Positions 9,660 through 18,632 of a DNA stretch of 48,986 nt are shown piece by piece. Both the position numbers and the translations under genes were made by a program. Every line of letters begins with the position of its first letter. Position 1 is the stretch's first letter. The notes beneath the pieces were generated by a model. The model had not been told where the DNA came from, ran no database searches, and saw only the letters and a list, made by a program, of their open reading frames with translations. This stretch comes from Verrucomicrobiota bacterium (GTDB taxonomy: Bacteria > Verrucomicrobiota > Verrucomicrobiia > Limisphaerales > AAA164-E04), in the NCBI GenBank assembly GCA_040264395.1, contig JBDQII010000001.1, forward strand, positions 1 to 48,986. The letters are read 5' to 3'.

Positions 9660-9936
9660 TTAGGGCATGATAGAATTTATTGATACCGAAAAATTATTGT
9701 GGTTATTCAGAACTGGCGCAAGCAGGGCAGAGTTTGAGCTGCGGTACATGCTGAAAAATCCTTTACCTCTGATGCCATGAGCTGAGCCCTCCTTTGATAG
9801 AAGGAATGGTAGCCATAAACTCAATGACATCAAATATACCATACAAGTCTCCTATCTCAGCATGAGCCCTTTCAATCTGAATGGATGCTTTCACCGTCTT
9901 GAGCCCCGTTTTTTCGATTACTTAAAATGTAGCCAT
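9660..9936 (-). pseudogene. Decayed tandem paralogue of the adjacent AIM24-family gene, carrying a nonsense codon, a frameshift and a large internal deletion
   Basis: The reverse strand from 9936 reads MATF*VIEKTGLKTVKASIQIERAHAEIGDLYGIFDVIEFMATIPSIKGGLSSW. The intact neighbour reads MATFEIIEKEGLKMVKATIQSETIRAEAGALHYMLGDIELTTAMPSAKGFLKSL. After a frame change the relic ends IRGKG...LLAPVLNNHNNFS, against ISGKGRVLLAPVPNLHNNLLS in the neighbour. About 135 central codons are missing. Confidence 0.75.
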
Positions 9937-10174
9937 ATTGACTTGTTGATTCTTGGGTTTTTAACACGAATGTGTTCAGGAGAAAGATGCTGCGGATGGC
10001 ATTATAATGCGAAAAACTCATACAACTGCACTACATGGACCCTCAAATTGAAAAGATGGGGCTGTTTGAAACTTGTTTTGGGGATCAATGGCTTCCCATG
10101 ATGCCACTTCGCCCTTCCTCTTCTTTGCCAATGGATGATTGCCCCTCGGGGGGGTGTTTGATAGTTTTTCTATC

Positions 10175-11230
10175 ATGCGAACCTTGATTCAATTTTTATG
10201 CTTTCTGATGACCGGGTGTTTTTTGAATGCTGCGGAACTATTCTTTGACCTTAGTGACACATCCAACGCTGGACTGCCCTCGGATTTCAAAAGTGTGCTG
10301 GGCGGACAAGGCAAACCAGGCAAGTGGATCATACTTGATGATGAGGTCCCAGGTTACTTCAAATCCTTTTCGGAAAAGGCACTGAACACAAATGTACGAC
10401 CTGTGCTTGCTCAAGTCTCAGAAGACTTGACCGATGAACATTTTCCGATGCTGATCTATACTGGACAGAACTTCAAAAATTTCACCCTTAAGACAAAATT
10501 CAAACTGGTCACTGGAGTCATCGAAACCATGGCGGGCATTGTATTCCATTATCAGGACATCAATAACTATTATTACGTGCGCGCCAGTGGCGGTGGAAAT
10601 ACATTTGCGTTCTTTAAAGTCGTCGATGGACAAAGAGGAGAACCCGTGCGAGTCAAGGCCGACGTACCGGAAGGCCAGTGGCATACCATGAGCGTCACCA
10701 CGGATGATTCCAAAATCCGTGTGACACTCAACGGAAAACCTATCTTACCTGAGCTGAACGATTACACGTTCACAGGGGGTAAAATAGGATTCTGGACGAA
10801 ATCAGATGCTGTTTCCTACTTTACAGATACTGAAATTCAATACCAGCCCATGGTCATTGCAGCCCAAAGAATGGTTGGAGAAATCATGAAAGCATTTCCC
10901 CGCCTGTTGAATCTGAAACTTTTCGCGCCACGCAAAGCAGGCGAACCTGCCAAGGTCATCGCAGCACTGAACAGCTCGGATATCGGTGAAATGGAGAATG
11001 AAGCCATCAGGGATGTGATCGCCAGAGGAAAAAAATATTATGCCAAAAACAAAAGACTCGTCACGGTCACTATACCGGTCAAGGACCGAAATGGGGATCC
11101 AATCGCCGCCATTCGGGTCAGCATGAAATCGTTTCCCGGACAAACCCAGGCCAATACGTTTGCGAGAGCTATCCCCGTCGCAGAACATCTGCAACAGCGT
11201 GTGCTTTATCTCGAAGATTTCTATCGGTAA
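10175..11230 (+). CDS. Secreted protein with a LamG/DUF1080-like jelly-roll domain and an unassigned C-terminal domain
   Basis: The ATG at 10175 yields the signal peptide MRTLIQFLCFLMTGCFLNA. The segment FKNFTLKTKFKL...AGIVFHYQDINNYYYVRA...GQWHTMSVTTDDSKIRVTLNGKPI...GGKIGFWTKSD resembles concanavalin-like / 3-keto-disaccharide-hydrolase (DUF1080) domains. The TTG start at 10139 seems less likely. Confidence 0.6.
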   Translation: MRTLIQFLCFLMTGCFLNAAELFFDLSDTSNAGLPSDFKSVLGGQGKPGKWIILDDEVPGYFKSFSEKALNTNVRPVLAQVSEDLTDEHFPMLIYTGQNFKNFTLKTKFKLVTGVIETMAGIVFHYQDINNYYYVRASGGGNTFAFFKVVDGQRGEPVRVKADVPEGQWHTMSVTTDDSKIRVTLNGKPILPELNDYTFTGGKIGFWTKSDAVSYFTDTEIQYQPMVIAAQRMVGEIMKAFPRLLNLKLFAPRKAGEPAKVIAALNSSDIGEMENEAIRDVIARGKKYYAKNKRLVTVTIPVKDRNGDPIAAIRVSMKSFPGQTQANTFARAIPVAEHLQQRVLYLEDFYR

Positions 11231-11233
11231 GAT

Positions 11234-12367
11234 CTACATCTTTTCTGGAGCGGGACCCACTCGAACGCACCGGAATCCTGTGTGAGACATAGCTGAGTCA
11301 GGGGCAGATTTCATCCGCCACCAAAGACGATAGCCTTCGCAATAGAGATCGCTGCAGAGGTAGGATCCTCCTCGCATGATTTTTTTAGGCATACCTGGCT
11401 CATTTGGGTCATAACTCTGATTGGGCCCCGGTGGATTTTGGGATGGACTTTTGGCGTAGTAGTCAGGCATGTACCAGTCGAGGCACCACTCCCATACATT
11501 ACCTGCCATATCATAAAGTCCATGAGAATTGGGAGGATATTGCTGTACTGGCGCCATTAAATAATGTCCATCGGCAACTGTATTTTGATTGGGAAAATCA
11601 CCCTGCCAAACATTGGCATGCCACTGATCATTGGGTGTCACTTCATTTCCCCAGACAAATTCATTCCCTGCAACACCACCGCGTGCGGCGTATTCCCATT
11701 CTGCTTCACTTGGTAATCTCTTTCCTGCCCATTGGGCGTATGCGACCGCATCTTCCCACGCCATCTGCACGACTGGATAATTACCCTTGCCTTGAATGTC
11801 CGAATCAGGGCCGGTTGGATGACGCCAATTCGCGCCTGCTACATAGGTCCACCAGGCATAATGATTCCGCAGTGATACCGGCTCTCCGGGTGGCATGAAA
11901 ACAATACCTCCTGCCTTGAGTAAAGAGGGATCCACACCGGGAAACTGTGATGCATCTGGCCGACGCTCGGCAACCGTCACATAACCCGTCTCCTGAACAA
12001 ACTCGTTGAATTGATCATTGGTAACTTCAGTTGCATCCACCCAGAAACCGGAAATCTTGATTTCACGAACAGGTTTTTCATCGCCCTGCCCTGATTCGCT
12101 TCCCCGCATGTAAGAACCTCCCGGAATCCATACCATGGTATTGGTCCATGACGTGTCCAAGGCCTTGAGCGAAGGCAAGGTATCCTCAGATGATGCTTCC
12201 ACTTCTCTTGTCGGTTCTCCATCCGAGCCACAACCGCTCAGTGTGATCATGGCTGCGGTAACCATGATCACGAGTTTGCTTGTCAGCAATATCTTGAGAT
12301 ACCGTTCAGATGGAGTCCTGTTGTTTTCGCTGGAATGCAATTCAAGCTCGGTGCATAATGACATCAT
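11234..12367 (-). CDS. Formylglycine-generating enzyme (FGE/SUMF1 family, sulfatase maturase), probable lipoprotein
   Basis: WIPGGSYMRGS, EKPVREIKISGFWVDATEVTNDQFNEFV, HPVVQMAWEDAVAYAQWAGKRLPSEAEWEYAARGG, LYDMAGNVWEWCLDWY, RGGSYLC, GFRCVR. Lipobox LSGC. The start is ambiguous: ATGs at 12367 and 12364, or the internal ATG at 12265. Confidence 0.9.
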   Translation of the reverse strand: MMSLCTELELHSSENNRTPSERYLKILLTSKLVIMVTAAMITLSGCGSDGEPTREVEASSEDTLPSLKALDTSWTNTMVWIPGGSYMRGSESGQGDEKPVREIKISGFWVDATEVTNDQFNEFVQETGYVTVAERRPDASQFPGVDPSLLKAGGIVFMPPGEPVSLRNHYAWWTYVAGANWRHPTGPDSDIQGKGNYPVVQMAWEDAVAYAQWAGKRLPSEAEWEYAARGGVAGNEFVWGNEVTPNDQWHANVWQGDFPNQNTVADGHYLMAPVQQYPPNSHGLYDMAGNVWEWCLDWYMPDYYAKSPSQNPPGPNQSYDPNEPGMPKKIMRGGSYLCSDLYCEGYRLWWRMKSAPDSAMSHTGFRCVRVGPAPEKM

Positions 12368-13340
12368 GTTAAATCATCCAATCAGTTCAGGGTTTCTGTC
12401 AACATACTTGTTGGCCTTGATCTTGAATCTGGCTCAATGGACAACTCCCTCCATCCTCGCCCAGAACAACGTATTTTCAGGTCCACAGCCAGGAGAATTT
12501 ACCACTCCTTTCAATACCGTTGAACTCAGAGGAGAAAGTCAGGGCTCAGCTGTAGATCCTGTTCATGTGAACCGAGGTAAACCCACGGCACTGGTGTTCG
12601 TACACGGCATCGAACGCTCCATGGTGCCCTTGATGAGAGTGATTGACACTTTTGGTTCTGAATACAGGGAAAAGATCATCACCAATTGGGTTTTTCTTTC
12701 AGATGACCCCGTCACAAGCCGTCAGCGTTTACCGCAGGTGGGACGGTCCATTAAAATTCAAGGACGGATGTTATTGTCCTCGGACGGCATTGAGGGACCC
12801 GGGAATTACGGTCTCAACAAAGACTGTCTGCTGACAATCCTCACTGCCAAAGACAACAAAGTCACTGCCAATTTTGCCTTGATTCAACCGGGCATTGCAG
12901 ATGCGAAAGAAGTCGTCGAAGCCCTTTCCAGCCTGATCGGCTTGGATGCGCCTCCAAGTGTCGAATCCCTCACCCCCAAGATGCGCATGGCGAATGGAAG
13001 AAATATGCGCAAAGGTGAAAATGCAAGGGCGCGGAAACGCGGACAGAACATGCAGGAAGGAAACGCCCATAATGAGGGAAGAAAACTTCCTGGTGCGGCT
13101 CCGACGGATAGCAAATTGGTTGGATATTTGAGACAATTCATTCAAAAAAGCAATTCCGATGAACAGGTGGACAAGGTTTTGAATCAGGTCAGATCTTACA
13201 TTAAAGACAACGAGAACTTAATCAAACAGGCCGTGAACGGTTGGACTCGGGTTCTTCATGTCAAATATGGAACTGATTATGCCCAGGCTGAAGGAGATTC
13301 ATTTGTGAGCGAATTAAGAAAACAACTCAGGGATGATTAA
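12366..13340 (+). CDS. Hypothetical secreted protein with a weak thioredoxin-fold resemblance but no CXXC motif, and a basic low-complexity linker
   Basis: The ATG at 12366 gives the signal-like N-terminus MLNHPISSGFLSTYLLALILNLAQW..ILAQ. The part of the 401-aa ORF upstream of it is antisense to the FGE gene. GKPTALVFVHGIERSMVPL sits where TlpA-like proteins carry CXXC. There is an R/K/N-rich stretch, NGRNMRKGENARARKRGQN. Confidence 0.6.
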   Translation: MLNHPISSGFLSTYLLALILNLAQWTTPSILAQNNVFSGPQPGEFTTPFNTVELRGESQGSAVDPVHVNRGKPTALVFVHGIERSMVPLMRVIDTFGSEYREKIITNWVFLSDDPVTSRQRLPQVGRSIKIQGRMLLSSDGIEGPGNYGLNKDCLLTILTAKDNKVTANFALIQPGIADAKEVVEALSSLIGLDAPPSVESLTPKMRMANGRNMRKGENARARKRGQNMQEGNAHNEGRKLPGAAPTDSKLVGYLRQFIQKSNSDEQVDKVLNQVRSYIKDNENLIKQAVNGWTRVLHVKYGTDYAQAEGDSFVSELRKQLRDD

Positions 13341-13408
13341 CATCCCACCCTATTGAATTGGCTCCCCCTGCGAAAACATCAAACTTAACCAAGGTGAGAA
13401 CACTAGGA

Positions 13409-15550
13409 ATGAATATGGTCTGGATGCTGCGATGGTTGATCATCACAGGAACACTATTCAATGGCATCCATCTGTCCTCGGATAATACTTCACCCCACTT
13501 TGCAACTGAAATTGTTCCGATTCTTACTAAAGCCGGATGCAATTCGGGAGCCTGCCATGGAGCAGCGACAGGGAAAGGAAGTTTTAAACTGAGTTTGTTT
13601 GCAGAGGATGCTGTTGCTGATTTCGAAGCTATTTCAAGAGATCGTTTTTCAAGGCGATTGAATTTGGATCATCCGGAAAACAGCCTCATCCTGAAGAAGG
13701 CATCCAAGCAAATAGAACACGAGGGTGGCAGACGAATCAGACGAAGTTCACGAGATTTTGAAACGCTTAAAAAGTGGATCACCGCTGGTGCACCCAAAGG
13801 TGATCCTGGCATCCAATGCGTAGGGCTTGAAGTTTCACCTGAGGAAATCAAGGCGCAAAAGAAAGGTGACACGCTTCCAATCTCCGTGAAAGCCCTGATG
13901 GCAGACGGCACAAAAAAAGAGGTTACCAGATGGTGTATATTTGAATCAATGGATGATGGCGTGGCAGATGTCACGGGAAATGGTGAGGTGGTTTTTCAAA
14001 ACCATGGAGTGACTTCAGTGATGGTTCGGTTTGGTGCCTTGACCAGCTCTGCACGAATCGGACTCCCCTATCCAGAATGGAACAAACCACACCCATTCAT
14101 CCCTTCACATCCCATAGATCAGGTGCTGCTCAAAGAATGGAACAAGTGGAACCTGAAACCCACTGACGAAGCAAAACTTCATTCAAAAATCCGACGCTTG
14201 TTTTTGGATTTAACCGGACAATTACCTTCTGCTGACGAAGCAAAACATTGGGCTCCCATTTTAATTACGGAAGGAGGTTACCATAAACTGGTGAAGCATC
14301 TCCTATCCACACCAACCTTCGCAGACTACTGGAGTTTGAAGTTTGCCGATTGGCTGTTGATCGACTCCAAAAAACTGGGCATGCAGGCCGGCGAGGTTTA
14401 TCACGAATGGATACGGAATCAGATCCTGCACAACCGCTCCATGTTGAGCCTGGCGCGCTCACTTCTGGAAACACGAGGTTCCTTCCTTGAGGAGGCTCCA
14501 TCCAACTTTCACCGCAAGACCAATGATCCCCGCGACATGGCTGAGTATGTCGGTCAAACAATATTGGGCGCTCGCATTGCCTGTGCTCGGTGTCACAATC
14601 ATCCGGTAGATCGCTGGACCTTGACCGATTACCATGATTTCGCGGCCATGTTCTCCAAGACAGGTTTAGAGAATGGCAAAGTTGTTTACAAGAATCTAGG
14701 CGAGGTGCCTCATCCAAAAACCGGGCGAGCCAGCGTTCCAAGACCTTTGGGTGTTGCTGATATTTCCAATTCAACCGAAACATCAGACCCATTGAAAACA
14801 CTCGGGCATTGGTTGGAAACTCAGGGACGAGATCGTTTTGCCCGAGCGTTTTCCAATCGAATCTGGAAACAACTTTTTGGCCGCGGTGTGGTGGAACCTG
14901 TGGATGATTTACGGTCTACCAATCCTCCTTTGATTCCAAACCTGCTCGACACCATCGCCTCCCATTGGAACGTCAGGAATTACCGTTTTCATGATTTGAT
15001 TGAACTCCTCGTCACCTCACGCGCATATCAGCAATTGGCGAGTTTCGAAGCTGTTGAAGGTAGCCCGAAAGGGTTCTTCAATGCGATGGTTCCCCGCGAA
15101 TTAGATGGGCGTGTGCTGGTAGACGCCATCCGTGAAGTCACGGATCAATCGGGCTTTCTGAATGATGCTCTGAGCGGTAGCGCAATCACGTCCTGGGATC
15201 ATCGCGTAGAATCATTTGCATTGGATACTCTGGGAAGGTGCCAGCGTGATGAACCTTGTGCAGATTCGGGCACATCCGGAGGGGGGCTTTCCAAATCACT
15301 TTATTTATTCAATGATCCTGAACTGCAGGCCGTGCTCGATGCGAGCGCAACTGAAACGCTTCAGTCACCAGACTGGCATCCCAGAACTTCGATCCAGGAA
15401 CTCTACTGGAAAGCTTATTCCCGCCTCCCCACATCCGATGAAATGCGCTATTGGAATCAGGCCATTGTTGGTTCAGACGCAAAACAAGAGCTGCTTTCTG
15501 ATATGATGTGGGCGATATTGAACAGCCGCGAATTCATCTGGAATCACTGA
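13409..15550 (+). CDS. DUF1549 / DUF1553 (PSCyt2/PSD1) domain protein with an Ig-like (BIG2-type) insert
   Basis: N-terminal AGCNSGACHGAATGKGSFKLSLF...H.GG.R motif, Ig-like segment, ARIACARCHNHPVDRWTLTDYHDFAAMF (DUF1549 core), and C-terminal MWAILNSREFIWNH (DUF1553 end). The ATG at 13409 gives a hydrophobic N-terminus. Confidence 0.85.
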   Translation: MNMVWMLRWLIITGTLFNGIHLSSDNTSPHFATEIVPILTKAGCNSGACHGAATGKGSFKLSLFAEDAVADFEAISRDRFSRRLNLDHPENSLILKKASKQIEHEGGRRIRRSSRDFETLKKWITAGAPKGDPGIQCVGLEVSPEEIKAQKKGDTLPISVKALMADGTKKEVTRWCIFESMDDGVADVTGNGEVVFQNHGVTSVMVRFGALTSSARIGLPYPEWNKPHPFIPSHPIDQVLLKEWNKWNLKPTDEAKLHSKIRRLFLDLTGQLPSADEAKHWAPILITEGGYHKLVKHLLSTPTFADYWSLKFADWLLIDSKKLGMQAGEVYHEWIRNQILHNRSMLSLARSLLETRGSFLEEAPSNFHRKTNDPRDMAEYVGQTILGARIACARCHNHPVDRWTLTDYHDFAAMFSKTGLENGKVVYKNLGEVPHPKTGRASVPRPLGVADISNSTETSDPLKTLGHWLETQGRDRFARAFSNRIWKQLFGRGVVEPVDDLRSTNPPLIPNLLDTIASHWNVRNYRFHDLIELLVTSRAYQQLASFEAVEGSPKGFFNAMVPRELDGRVLVDAIREVTDQSGFLNDALSGSAITSWDHRVESFALDTLGRCQRDEPCADSGTSGGGLSKSLYLFNDPELQAVLDASATETLQSPDWHPRTSIQELYWKAYSRLPTSDEMRYWNQAIVGSDAKQELLSDMMWAILNSREFIWNH

Positions 15551-15571
15551 ACTTTCATTTTAAACCCTATC

Positions 15572-16903
15572 ATGAAACAACAATCCCCTTTCTTTCGCTG
15601 TGATGGTATCAATCGACGCGACTTTTTGCATGCTGGTTTGATGACTGGACTCGGGTTGAATATGGCTGACCTGATGCGAAGCAGGGCACTCGCATCCGAG
15701 AGTAAGAAACCGAAGCCGGCAAAAGCTAAATCATGCATCCTCATTTGGCTGGATGGCGGGCCAAGTCATCTGGAGACATTCGATCTTAAACCTGATGCAC
15801 CTGTCGAAATTCGTGGTGAATTCAAGCCTATCAAAACAGATGTTCCAGGAATAGATATCAGCGAGCACCTGCCCAGAACCGCGAGGGTCATGAAGCACGT
15901 GGCGCTGATCCGATCTTTGACCCATGCCTTTGGAAACCACAACACTGGCAGCCATTACCTGCTGACAGGTAACAAGCCCTCGCCGGTGATCGAATACCCC
16001 AGCATGGGAAGTATCTACGCGCAACAAGCTGGAGCTGGAAAAGTATTGCCACCTTATGTCGCAGTACCCGAAGGCGTCACCTATTCAGGCTCAGGTTTTC
16101 TTCCTGCAACCTATCAGCCGTTTTCACTCGGAGGAGATCCATCAAAACCCGATTTCCGCGTTCGCAATCTCAACCCTCCCGCCAGTCTGAGTTTTGAGCG
16201 AGTGGAGCGCCGTCGGGAGATGCAGCAGTTTTTGGATGAGGTGAAACGTTCGACTGAGGAACGCCCCGTTCACACACCCGTGGACACCTATTATGAACAA
16301 GCCTATGCGTTGTTGACTTCCCCTGAATCGCAGGCAGCGTTCGATTTGTCCAAAGAACCATCCGAGGTACGCGAACACTATGGCCGCAGCCGCGTTGGCA
16401 CGGGTTGCCTGATGGCACGCCGCATGGTGGAACACGGCGTGGGATTTGTCACTGTGGTAGATAAGGGTTGGGACATGCATCAACAAATTTTCAAGAACAT
16501 GCCTGATGCAAAGTTCAGAGGCAGCGGCAAATTGCCTGCGCTCGATCAAGCTTATTCGGGCTTGATTGCTGACTTGGCTGAACGCGGATTGCTGGATTCA
16601 ACTTTAGTCATGTTAATGGGTGAATTTGGCAGAACACCCAAGATCAACGATCGCGCCGGTCGCGATCATTGGCCAAGGGCCGGTTTCGTCTGCCTGGCAG
16701 GAGGGGGCGTGAGAGGAGGGCAAGTCATTGGCTCGACAGATGCCTTCGGGGAATCACCTAACGAACAGCCCGTCGCACCGGAGGATCTTGCCGCCAGCAC
16801 GCTGTCGCTGATGGGCATCCGGCCTGACGATGCCTATCAGGCACCCAATGGGAGGCCCATCCAATGGGTCAAAGGTGGAAGCATCATCAAAGGATTATCG
16901 TGA
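15572..16903 (+). CDS. DUF1501 domain protein (sulfatase / alkaline-phosphatase fold) with a Tat-type signal
   Basis: RRDFLHAG twin-arginine motif. ILIWLDGGPSHLETFDLKP, GRTPKIN..GRDHW and GGGVRGGQVIGSTD are typical DUF1501 motifs. The gene starts 21 nt after the DUF1549/1553 gene. Confidence 0.88.
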   Translation: MKQQSPFFRCDGINRRDFLHAGLMTGLGLNMADLMRSRALASESKKPKPAKAKSCILIWLDGGPSHLETFDLKPDAPVEIRGEFKPIKTDVPGIDISEHLPRTARVMKHVALIRSLTHAFGNHNTGSHYLLTGNKPSPVIEYPSMGSIYAQQAGAGKVLPPYVAVPEGVTYSGSGFLPATYQPFSLGGDPSKPDFRVRNLNPPASLSFERVERRREMQQFLDEVKRSTEERPVHTPVDTYYEQAYALLTSPESQAAFDLSKEPSEVREHYGRSRVGTGCLMARRMVEHGVGFVTVVDKGWDMHQQIFKNMPDAKFRGSGKLPALDQAYSGLIADLAERGLLDSTLVMLMGEFGRTPKINDRAGRDHWPRAGFVCLAGGGVRGGQVIGSTDAFGESPNEQPVAPEDLAASTLSLMGIRPDDAYQAPNGRPIQWVKGGSIIKGLS

Positions 16904-16923
16904 TATGTCATCTTTTGATAAGA

Positions 16924-17877
16924 ATGTCCTTGATCACAGGCTTTCTGATGGCACTCCACAATCACGCAGCTACTCCGGTCAGTTGCATCGAGTTTCATCC
17001 TACTGAACCCATTGCCATTTGGAACGGAAACCAATACATCGTTGTCCATTCCACTCAGTCGAACAGCTCCAAGGAAAACATCCCAGTGCCCATGCATAGA
17101 ATACGGGACATAAGCTTCGACCCTCAGGGCCATTGGTTGGCAGTAGCTGGTGGCTCTCCTGCTGAACAAGGCGATCTTGTGATCTTCAATTGGAATAACA
17201 AGGAACCGGAATTACACCTTCAATTTGAAAATGAATGGGTGACAACCGTTGATTTTTCTTCCGATGGGAAACAATTGGTCATGGGTTCAGGAGATTCAAA
17301 TATCTCTGTATATCGAATTAAGACAGAGCCATTCAAGCTCGTTCAAACGCACACTTTTGATGGACACGCAGGTTCTGTGATGGACACGATCTTTGATCGT
17401 TCTGGTGATTGGCTGATTTCGACAGGCTCAGATCGATCTGTCAAAGTATGGAACATCCGAGAAAACATATTGCACCGCACCTTTGCTCATCATACCGGAG
17501 TCGTGTTCGCCGCAGACCTTCGCCCTGTTGCAACTGACCAGAACACATTGCCATTTTATGTAGCAACGGCATCAGCTGACCAGACGGTAAGGATATGGCA
17601 ACCGGAAATTGGGCGCATGGTAAGGATCGTGCGCAACCATGAAACTGATTTATTTACCGTGGCTTATCATCCGTCCGGCAATTGGCTGGCCTCAGGTGGA
17701 GAGGACGGCACTGTTCGATATATCGACGCTCAGACGGACAAAATCCTTCAGGAAAAAAAAGCGCATGATGATTGGATCTATGCACTCGCGTTTTCACCCG
17801 ATGGGACATTCATGGCCAGCGGAGATTGGTCAGGTAAAGTCGTTTTCCAGCGGGTCAATAAAAAGGGCACCGATTAA
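16924..17877 (+). CDS. WD40 (beta-propeller) repeat protein
   Basis: Repeated units of the form H...V..V.FS.DG..L.SGS.D..V..W: DFSSDGKQLVMGSGDSNISVY, GHAGSVMDTIFDRSGDWLISTGSDRSVKVWN, ATASADQTVRIWQ, YHPSGNWLASGGEDGTVRY, FSPDGTFMASGDWSGKVV. The first ATG after the DUF1501 stop was chosen as the start. Confidence 0.8.
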   Translation: MSLITGFLMALHNHAATPVSCIEFHPTEPIAIWNGNQYIVVHSTQSNSSKENIPVPMHRIRDISFDPQGHWLAVAGGSPAEQGDLVIFNWNNKEPELHLQFENEWVTTVDFSSDGKQLVMGSGDSNISVYRIKTEPFKLVQTHTFDGHAGSVMDTIFDRSGDWLISTGSDRSVKVWNIRENILHRTFAHHTGVVFAADLRPVATDQNTLPFYVATASADQTVRIWQPEIGRMVRIVRNHETDLFTVAYHPSGNWLASGGEDGTVRYIDAQTDKILQEKKAHDDWIYALAFSPDGTFMASGDWSGKVVFQRVNKKGTD

Positions 17878-17906
17878 AGAAGGGAGCAATCAGAGCACCA
17901 GCACAT

Positions 17907-18608
17907 TTACCCTGCAACCTCTTCCTGTTCCCCCCCGAGACGAATCATTTCCTCTGACAATTGATTCGTCAAAGCATCGCGCTGGTCCGCAGTTATGTTA
18001 CGATCCACATAAACAGGTTCTCCCATATGAACGACACATTTGGCAAAAGGTATGGGTATCTGAAAAGCGTCCCAGGTGTTGAGCGTCCATTTCATGGACA
18101 AAACGTAGGAGACCGGAATCACAGGCTTTCCAGTCAGTTGAGCCAGACTGATGACTCCATTTTGCATTTTATATTTGGGCCCCCTGGGCCCATCCGGTGT
18201 CAACGAAAGATCGTAACCTTTTCGAAGCAGGGTAATCAGTTCCTTCATGGCCTGTGATCCACGCCGGCTGGAAGAACCGCGCACAGCGTGCACTCCGTAT
18301 GATTGGAGGATCACTGATAGAAAAGCCCCATCATTGCTGGCACTTGCCAGCGCAGCTAAGCGTCTATCGGGATAACCCTTTGACAGATACCTCGTGAATA
18401 CATTCAGACACAAGGCCAATCGATTATGCCAGATACAAAAAATTGCCGGAGATAAATCTTTGGCTGACGCGGGATCATTGAAGCTGAACCGAATGGTCGA
18501 GGATAATCCCTTGATGAGAAAACTAGCCACCTTTCCAAGCACCACATCTTTAACTTTGGGTTGTTGTGGTGGACGCTTGTTCTTGGGGATGGATGAAGAT
18601 TCTTGCAT
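17907..18608 (-). CDS. DUF374 / lysophospholipid acyltransferase-like protein
   Basis: FCIWHNRL, SASNDGAFLS, LTPDGPRGPKY and G.PVIPVS motifs are characteristic of DUF374 proteins. Confidence 0.6.
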   Translation of the reverse strand: MQESSSIPKNKRPPQQPKVKDVVLGKVASFLIKGLSSTIRFSFNDPASAKDLSPAIFCIWHNRLALCLNVFTRYLSKGYPDRRLAALASASNDGAFLSVILQSYGVHAVRGSSSRRGSQAMKELITLLRKGYDLSLTPDGPRGPKYKMQNGVISLAQLTGKPVIPVSYVLSMKWTLNTWDAFQIPIPFAKCVVHMGEPVYVDRNITADQRDALTNQLSEEMIRLGGEQEEVAG

Positions 18609-18632
18609 GCTTTATTGAAGAACGCAGTGATT

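Noticed and set aside
11228-11236. The convergent DUF1080-like and FGE genes end only 3 nt apart (TAA gat CTA).
   Set aside because: This is real in the sequence but is a trivial consequence of compact gene packing. It leaves no room for any structured element.
12135-12365. The upstream 77 codons of the 401-aa plus-strand ORF.
   Set aside because: This part is entirely antisense to the well-supported FGE gene and has no signal or motif. The first ATG, at 12366, gives a plausible signal peptide, so I treat the extension as an open-frame artefact.
17639-18082. A 147-aa ORF bridging the WD40 gene and the DUF374 gene.
   Set aside because: It is out of frame within the WD40 gene and antisense to the DUF374 gene, with no independent support.
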